Part shown: positions 7,009 through 12,258 of the stretch, piece by piece
Layout of the letters: the number at the start of each line of letters is the position of its first letter
Numbering within the stretch: position 1 is the first letter of the stretch
Origin: Candidatus Iainarchaeum sp.
GTDB lineage: Archaea > Iainarchaeota > Iainarchaeia > Iainarchaeales > CSSED10-239
NCBI GenBank assembly: GCA_003559395.1
Contig: PWLL01000027.1
Coordinates: 1 to 12,258 of the forward strand
Direction of reading: 5' to 3'
DNA: 12,258 nucleotides
Made by a program: the position numbers and the translations under genes
Notes under the pieces: model-generated
Database searches by the model: none
What the model saw: only the letters and a program-made list of their open reading frames with translations
Told to the model about the DNA's origin: nothing

Positions 7009-7293
7009 ATGCCAAGAAGAAAATGCCACAGAAATGTTCGTTTTAGTCCAGATTGTTTGTTTTTTAAACCTGCAGGTATAAAACTAAGAGATATGCAAAA
7101 TATTGTATTATACCCTGACGAATTAGAAGCAATAAGACTAAAAGACTTTTTAGGTTTAGAACAAAAAAAATGCGCAATAAAAATGAACATTTCACAACCA
7201 ACTTTTCATAGAATACTTTTAAGTGCAAGAAAGAAAGTTTCTGATTCTTTAGTAAATGGAAAAGCAATAAAAATAGAAAAAATAAAACAATAA
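7009..7293 (+). CDS. DUF134/UPF0251 family predicted DNA-binding (sigma-70 region 4-like HTH) protein
   Basis: The N-terminus MPRRKCHRNVRFSPDCLFFKPAG matches the family, followed by LYPDELEAIRLKDFLGLEQKKCAIKMNISQPTFHRILLSARKKV (helix-turn-helix). This matches the DUF134 pattern (MPRP.k.R.v...P....FkP.G, then a sigma-like HTH). Confidence 0.8.
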   Translation: MPRRKCHRNVRFSPDCLFFKPAGIKLRDMQNIVLYPDELEAIRLKDFLGLEQKKCAIKMNISQPTFHRILLSARKKVSDSLVNGKAIKIEKIKQ

Positions 7294-7722
7294 AACAAAT
7301 TTAAAAAAAAATTAAAATGGAGTGAAAAACATAAAATTATTAATTACTTTAAATAATAATAAACAATTAGATTCAGATTTAAGTGAAGTTATAGAAAATA
7401 TAAATAATTTAGAAGACATTACTGATGATTGTGAACACTAAAAATAAATTTTAACTAAATTATAATCAGAACTTAAAAAATTAGATGGTCTTTGAAAATC
7501 AAGCCCTGTATTGTTAAATACTTTTTTTAAAGAGCGATAATAATTATTTCTATTAACAAAGAGAATTATTTTTTCCATAAAATCATATTACAAAAATCTG
7601 CCCTTGCTCACGGCAACGACTGAGAGATAAATAACATATTATTTGTATAGAAATAGATTTAAATATATATTAATAAAACTACGCTTCTTGTAAAAATTAA
7701 ACCTAAAGATAAAAAAATTCAT

Positions 7723-8790
7723 CTAATATTTTTTTAAAATAACCTCTAAATAACTTAAAAACTGTTTAGTATCTAAAAAATAGTTTGGGTACGCTTTTTT
7801 AAGATCTTGTATATTATCAGCACTAACTAAAACAACATCATATTCATTTTTATTATATATTTTCTTTTCTGCTTGAGAATAAGCTAAAAGTGCTTCTTTT
7901 TCTTGTTTTTTTGTAAATGCAGAAATATTTAATCTTTCAAGTACTGTATCTAATTCTAAAAGATAAAAATGTGTGTTTTTCTTATTTTTAAAATTATCAA
8001 AATATTTTACAGATTCTGTCCAATGTTTCATTTTTTTTCTAACTTGTAATTCTTTTTCTTTTTGCTTAATTTGCAAATAAAGTTGTTTTTCATTTTGAGG
8101 AGTTTGAGAAACAATTGGAGATTTTTCTAATCTTGCAAATGCTGAACTTACTAATTTAAAAAAAGTTTTCCAATTTTCTTCTCCTTGATTAGATTTAATT
8201 GCTTGTCTTGTAAAAAAGTCTACAGTTTCTACAGCAGTTGCCCAAAGATGTTGTAGTTTAGATCTTATTTGAACTTCTACTAACAAACCATTATATTCAT
8301 CTCTACCTTTATCACTTTTATATCTATATATTAAATGTATACTTCTATAACCGTCTTCTTTAGGACTTGAAATATAGTCTTTTTCATTTATTTTTTTGTG
8401 TTTTAAGTCTCCATTATGATAATACTTGCTATATAATTCTCTTACTTGAGTTATGTTAGGCATAACTACTCTACACCCTGCAATATCTTGCATTTGAGTT
8501 AATTTCATTGTTGGTTTATTATCATTATATTTTCGTTTTAATTTTTTAATTATTGAAGACACTCTTTTTAATCTTTGAGCAGATACTGCATTTTTATCTA
8601 TTTTTTCAGAAACTCTTTTTAATCTTTTTTTAAACACATTCATAGGATAGCTATGCATTGCTTTCCAACTACTAACAATTTCTAAAGCGTCATTTATTTT
8701 TTCTATAGATTGATTTTTATCATCAGATAGATTTTTAGCTGAATTATTTATTTGTGATTTTGATGCTTTTTTAACATTTAATTGATTCAT
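7723..8790 (-). CDS. RelA/SpoT-domain nucleotidyltransferase (stand-alone synthetase-fold protein with uncharacterised C-terminal half)
   Basis: Synthetase-fold motifs occur in order: RLKRVSSIIKKLKRK, MQDIAGCRVV, DGYRSIHLIY and LVEVQIRSKLQHLWATAVE. There is no HD hydrolase, TGS or ACT region. I start at ATG 8790 (MNQLNVKK...). The track's GTG 8838 and ATG 8829 are alternatives that run into the upstream repeat motif. Confidence 0.85.
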   Translation of the reverse strand: MNQLNVKKASKSQINNSAKNLSDDKNQSIEKINDALEIVSSWKAMHSYPMNVFKKRLKRVSEKIDKNAVSAQRLKRVSSIIKKLKRKYNDNKPTMKLTQMQDIAGCRVVMPNITQVRELYSKYYHNGDLKHKKINEKDYISSPKEDGYRSIHLIYRYKSDKGRDEYNGLLVEVQIRSKLQHLWATAVETVDFFTRQAIKSNQGEENWKTFFKLVSSAFARLEKSPIVSQTPQNEKQLYLQIKQKEKELQVRKKMKHWTESVKYFDNFKNKKNTHFYLLELDTVLERLNISAFTKKQEKEALLAYSQAEKKIYNKNEYDVVLVSADNIQDLKKAYPNYFLDTKQFLSYLEVILKKY

Positions 8791-8826
8791 AATATAATAT
8801 AAGCGCCATTTATTTTTTAAACATAT

Positions 8827-9007
8827 CATTTTGCGCACAAATTAGTTAAAATAAAGTTAAATTGCGCAACAAATAAAACAAAACTAAATTTGTTCTAAAG
8901 CCAATAAATATAAAGATTTACAACACACTGCAACAAAATTTAAAAAAACAATTTAAAAAAAACACCATTTTGCGCGTTTTTATTAAAATTACACGGCATT
9001 TTGCGCA
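8827..9007. promoter_or_regulatory. array of four GC-rich TTGCGC boxes (two pairs, 31-bp spacing within each pair) upstream of the RelA/SpoT gene
   Basis: The boxes are CATTTTGCGCA at 8827-8837, the perfect 8-bp palindrome TTGCGCAA at 8862-8869, CATTTTGCGC at 8966-8975 and CATTTTGCGCA at 8997-9007. TTGCGC starts at 8831, 8862, 8970 and 9001, giving 31 bp within each pair. The surrounding DNA is almost pure A/T. Confidence 0.5.
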
Positions 9008-9089
9008 GAACCAAAAACTATTAATTTCAAATAGACCAAAATAACCTACACAATTGAACCTAAGATTAAAAGCATTCTTTTAATTTAAA

Positions 9090-9641
9090 TTATATTTTAA
9101 TATTCACTTTTTTTTTATGCCCATCTTCAACAACAAACAATTCTTTTGTATTATATTTTAACATTTTTGCAATAATATTATACGGTATTTGTTCTATTCT
9201 TGTATTATATAACATAACAGAATCATTAAAATATTCTCTTCTATCAGCAATCATATTTTCAATAACTGAAACTCTTTTTTGAAGATTCAAAAAATTTTTG
9301 TTTGCTTTTATTTCTGGATATTTTTCAACAGTCATAAAAAAATTAGATATTAAACTATGTGCATTTTCATTAACTTTTGCAACATCATGAATATCTTTTG
9401 CATGTCCATAATTTGTTCTTATTTTTGTAACATCACTTAATAGTTTTTTTTCATATTTTGAATATCCTTTAACGGTATTAATTAGATTAGGTATTTCATC
9501 AAATCTTTGTTTTAATAAAACATCTATATTACACCACGCTTTTTCTATATTATTTTTTAATCTTATTAAACTATTATAAATTGTAACAAAACAAAACAAA
9601 AGGATTATAAAAATCAACAACAAAATAAAATATAAATACAT
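9090..9641 (-). CDS. lemA: LemA family membrane protein
   Basis: An N-terminal TM helix is followed by the family signature YNSLIRLKNNIEKAWCNIDVLLKQRFDEIPNLINTVKGYSKYEKKLLSDVTKIR. Length (183 aa) is typical. The gene starts 6 nt after the upstream gene's stop. Confidence 0.9.
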   Translation of the reverse strand: MYLYFILLLIFIILLFCFVTIYNSLIRLKNNIEKAWCNIDVLLKQRFDEIPNLINTVKGYSKYEKKLLSDVTKIRTNYGHAKDIHDVAKVNENAHSLISNFFMTVEKYPEIKANKNFLNLQKRVSVIENMIADRREYFNDSVMLYNTRIEQIPYNIIAKMLKYNTKELFVVEDGHKKKVNIKI

Positions 9642-9647
9642 AATAAA

Positions 9648-10448
9648 TCACAATACAAAAAACAAAATCGCCCCAACAACACTTAACATAAAACCAAATA
9701 TAAAAGCCAAAATCACTTTTTTTTTAAATATTTTAATTAATTCTTTTTCAGTTTTATCAGAAATCACAAATGTTTTTTCATGGTTTCCTTTTTTTATTAT
9801 ATGTTTATCTTTTTCTTTAACACCAACAGTTCCTATCACATAGACATTATCATTCAATGCCACATATTTTTCTATAATTCTTATATCCCCATTCATTACT
9901 GCTAAAGGAAATTTTGGTCTACCATTAACAATTTCTAGTTCTTTTAAATTATCTAATATAAATTTATTTTGTTTATCTTTATTAAAAGAAAATGCAGTTT
10001 TTATATTATAAATACTTTTATTAATATTAAAACCACAAGAAAAATAACTAGCATATTTTACATTTAAAAGAAATTGTGCCTTTTTTGGACTGATTATTAT
10101 TTCTCCCGTGCCATCATCTACAATAAATTCAACACTATTTTTTTTACTTTCTAATTTACGCCAATGTGACCCGTTTTTTGATGAAATAAACCTTTCTTTC
10201 AAATATTCATAACAAACACACTCTTTTTTAGAAATTGGTGTTTTTAAAAGTTCATTTGATTTGACAGACCCATAAATTTCTGACAAACCCATTGCTACGG
10301 ATCTTATCTTAGATGTCGGAGTATCTTTAATAAGATATTTGACTTTATTTTTTTTATAAGCATCATATAAAAATACAATACCACTACATAGTAAAACTAA
10401 AGGAAAAAACATTTTTGCTATATTTCCTATCAAAATTGTGCTTATCAT
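9648..10448 (-). CDS. two-TM membrane protein with GIDE-like (MUL1 inter-membrane domain-like) architecture
   Basis: There is an N-terminal TM (FFPLVLLCSGIVFLY) and a C-terminal TM (VILAFIFGFMLSVVGAILFFVL). The segment after TM1, TPTSKIRSVAMGLSEIYGSVKSNELLKTPISKKECVCYEY, fits the prokaryotic GIDE pattern as I remember it. GAGG lies 9 nt upstream of the ATG. The family call is from memory and was not searched. Confidence 0.6.
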   Translation of the reverse strand: MISTILIGNIAKMFFPLVLLCSGIVFLYDAYKKNKVKYLIKDTPTSKIRSVAMGLSEIYGSVKSNELLKTPISKKECVCYEYLKERFISSKNGSHWRKLESKKNSVEFIVDDGTGEIIISPKKAQFLLNVKYASYFSCGFNINKSIYNIKTAFSFNKDKQNKFILDNLKELEIVNGRPKFPLAVMNGDIRIIEKYVALNDNVYVIGTVGVKEKDKHIIKKGNHEKTFVISDKTEKELIKIFKKKVILAFIFGFMLSVVGAILFFVL

Positions 10449-10753
10449 TTATTATAACCTCATAATCATTTTTTGATTTTTCTTCATAAATTGCAAAATA
10501 AACTTTATACAACACCAGTTAATCTTTATAACATTTATAATAATATAGGTATTATCTAATATTTAAAACTTTAGTTTTATAACCAATAACATGTTTTCAG
10601 TTCTATTTTTTTAAATCTTTAATAAAGTCTTTTAAGATATAATCCTCACACTCCTTAAATAAATATTAACTTACTTATATAAAATAATATATTAACAAAA
10701 TTTAAACCATTTCTGTTCTCATTTAAACCACATTTGTCTTTAATAACGCAAAT

Positions 10754-11557
10754 TTAATTATATAACTTTTCAACACGTTCTATAAGTTTATTTATAAAAA
10801 CAGAAGAACTCCAAAGATCATTATGTCCTTTTCCTTCAATAAGCACATATTCTTTATTATTACTTGGAATTTTTTCATACAGCCTTTTTGAAAACCTAGA
10901 AGGAATTACTAAATCCTGATCTCCATGAAAAATAACAACCTTATTTTCATAATTTTTTAACCATTCAACATTATCGTATCTTTCTTTTAAAATTAATGAT
11001 ACAGGATAAATAACAAATTTTGATTGTGCTACATCAATCAATCTAGAAAATGGAGTAATAAGAATTAAGTTATTTACTTTTCCTATATAGCTATGATAGC
11101 TTGCAGCACCAGCGCCAATACTTTCTCCATAGATTGTTACCTCTGTAAAGGAATTATCTTGAATAAAATCATTTATGTTTTGAACATCTTTAAGTATTAG
11201 TTTTTTTGATGGGTTCCTATTATCGTTTGAATAACCTGCATACTCAACAAACACTAACGAAGCATTAAAACGTTCAAAAATTAATCTAAGATAACTTCTA
11301 TCACAAGTTGACCCTGCATTTCCATGATAAAACACAATTACTTTTTCTGTAGACGCGTGCTTAAAATAAAATCTAGTTCCATTATAGTTTATTTTTTGAT
11401 AATCTTTAAAACTACTACATTGTTCAAAATTTTGATCATTTGGGTGGTATAACATAGATCTTTGATTAAAATACAAAAAAACGCCTAACAAAATATATAT
11501 TATAAAAATAAAAAGAAGTGTGTTAAAAAATTTAGATTGATTTTTTATTATTTTCAT
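10754..11557 (-). CDS. membrane-anchored alpha/beta hydrolase (BEM46/ABHD13-like serine hydrolase)
   Basis: An N-terminal TM (LLFIFIIYILLGVFLYF) precedes the HGNAGS oxyanion-region motif. The nucleophile elbow is GESIGAG. Asp is in HGDQDLVIP and His in GKGHNDL. I start at ATG 11557; the track begins at a TTG at 11593. Confidence 0.8.
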   Translation of the reverse strand: MKIIKNQSKFFNTLLFIFIIYILLGVFLYFNQRSMLYHPNDQNFEQCSSFKDYQKINYNGTRFYFKHASTEKVIVFYHGNAGSTCDRSYLRLIFERFNASLVFVEYAGYSNDNRNPSKKLILKDVQNINDFIQDNSFTEVTIYGESIGAGAASYHSYIGKVNNLILITPFSRLIDVAQSKFVIYPVSLILKERYDNVEWLKNYENKVVIFHGDQDLVIPSRFSKRLYEKIPSNNKEYVLIEGKGHNDLWSSSVFINKLIERVEKLYN

Positions 11558-11712
11558 AAAATCAATATTAAGTATACTTACCGTTGTTCGCAAACAATGG
11601 TAGGGAGATTAGTAAAATATTATATGTTTAGAAACATATTTAAACATAGAAGTTAAAGCACCTTTTTAAGCTTCTGTTGGGAATTGAACTTAAAGTAAAA
11701 AGCGCTCCTTTT

Positions 11713-11941
11713 CATAACAATTCTAAAAACTCTTCTCTTGTAATACCTAAATCTTTCTTTATTATCTTATTAAGAAGTCCAAAACCAATCTTTTCAGAAC
11801 CATGATCAGGAACAATTATTTTTTGATGATTATTTTTATTTATAAATGTCATATGACTACCAGTATGTTTTAATACTCATAGCCCAACTTAGAGATAATT
11901 TTACCTACTTATTTTCCTGTAAGTAAAGGTAAACTTGACAA
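11713..11941 (-). pseudogene. hicA: hicA-family toxin gene, disrupted (in-frame TAA plus 1-nt frameshift)
   Basis: My hand translation directly after the hicB stop gives (TTG)LSSLPLLTGK-TAA-VGKIISKLGYEY. A second stop follows at 11870-11872. The reading frame must then shift by one base at about 11873 to continue LKHTGSHMTFINKNNHQKIIVPDHGSEKIGFGLLNKIIKKDLGITREEFLELL-TGA (stop 11713-11715). Joined, this is a full-length HicA pattern (LP.L.GKE....L.KLG...GSH...vP.H). The TAA at 11909-11911 sits where HicA usually has Glu (GAA). Confidence 0.7.
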
Positions 11942-11944
11942 AAA

Positions 11945-12151
11945 TCACACCTTTATTTGTTGCACTGCAATAAAAGAAGATATTTCTTCTTTTGATTTAG
12001 TATCAACTTTATATGCTTTTATTGCTTCTTTTGTTCTTTCTATTAATTGGTCCATAGTTTTTGCTTGAGTGTGACAACCTGGCAATCCAATTACTTCTGA
12101 AACATACCAACCATCTTTATCTTTTTCAATAATAATATTATACTTTTCCAT
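11945..12151 (-). CDS. hicB: HicB-like antitoxin (UPF0150, short form without DNA-binding domain)
   Basis: IIIEKDKDGWYVSEVIGLPGCHTQAKTMDQLIERTKEAIKAY is the classic HicB N-terminal signature (DG.y.a.vP.lPGc.tqG.T.eEa..n..EAi). AGGTG lies 9 nt upstream of the ATG. It is followed at once by the hicA remnant. Confidence 0.8.
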   Translation of the reverse strand: MEKYNIIIEKDKDGWYVSEVIGLPGCHTQAKTMDQLIERTKEAIKAYKVDTKSKEEISSFIAVQQIKV

Positions 12152-12258
12152 ATTTTATTTCACCTAATATATTATAGAAATAAACAAAATTTAAAGCTTT
12201 GTTTTTTAAAAGATAGTAGTTAAAAACTCATATTCCAATCCACAAGTAAGATTATAAC

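Noticed and set aside
6884-7267. Track ORFs 6884-7081 (+), 6984-7190 (-) and 7064-7267 (-)
   Set aside because: They overlap the RBS-supported DUF5320 (6826-7005) and DUF134 (7009-7293) frames, and none has a start context or a recognisable motif.
10700-10730. Direct repeat ATTTAAACCA twice, 21 bp apart, just downstream of the hydrolase stop
   Set aside because: It is short and A/T-rich, has only two copies, and has no associated gene start or hairpin. This is insufficient evidence for a regulatory element.
11622-11639. Inverted repeat ATATGTTT-AG-AAACATAT between the hicA remnant and the hydrolase gene
   Set aside because: The arms are A/T-dominated and the 2-nt loop is too tight for an RNA hairpin. 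It could be an operator or terminator remnant, but it is a single copy with no supporting context.
11870-11911. Possibility that the in-frame TAA codons in hicA reflect stop-codon reassignment
   Set aside because: TAA terminates several well-defined genes in this window (for example the DUF5320 genes, DUF134 and both SDRs). The hicA frame also needs a frameshift, so decay or sequencing error explains it better than recoding.
1-12258. Search for tRNA, rRNA, CRISPR arrays, IS elements and integrases
   Set aside because: I saw no GC-rich cloverleaf-sized segments, no regularly spaced direct repeats of 20-40 bp, no terminal inverted repeats flanking a transposase-like ORF, and no recombinase motifs in any frame.

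Overview
The window is strongly AT-rich (roughly three quarters A+T by eye) and tightly packed. It uses the standard genetic code: TGG encodes Trp, and TAA, TAG and TGA all terminate genes. Several genes have GGAG/AGGTG-type ribosome-binding sites. The style suggests a small-genome uncultivated prokaryote (DPANN-like archaeon or CPR-like bacterium), but I cannot decide which from sequence alone. I found no rRNA, tRNA, CRISPR array, transposase or integrase.

Left half (1-5.6 kb), mostly housekeeping or metabolic:
- a signal-anchored hypothetical protein
- PRPP synthetase
- a Lys/Glu-rich basic protein with a HicA-like C-terminus
- an apparent operon of an APC permease plus two tandem SDR paralogs, each lacking a different catalytic-tetrad residue (Tyr->Phe in the first, Lys->Asn in the second)

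Right half (5.6-12.2 kb), accessory-looking:
- a minimal stand-alone RNA-ligase-like nucleotidyltransferase
- a compact operon missed by the ORF track: DUF5320-like peptide, 58-aa two-TM peptide, second DUF5320 peptide, DUF134 HTH protein
- an isolated single-gene RelA/SpoT-domain protein with an unrecognisable C-terminal half. It has long noncoding DNA on both sides, and the upstream gap carries a phased array of GC-rich TTGCGC boxes
- a translationally close-coupled GIDE-like membrane protein plus LemA pair
- a membrane-anchored alpha/beta hydrolase
- a hicB-hicA module in which the antitoxin is intact and the toxin gene is decayed (one nonsense codon plus one frameshift)

The best candidate for something new is the RelA/SpoT cassette with its operator-like array (a possible fused toxSAS/CapRel-style sensor). 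The DUF5320/DUF134 operon and the complementary-lesion SDR pair come next.
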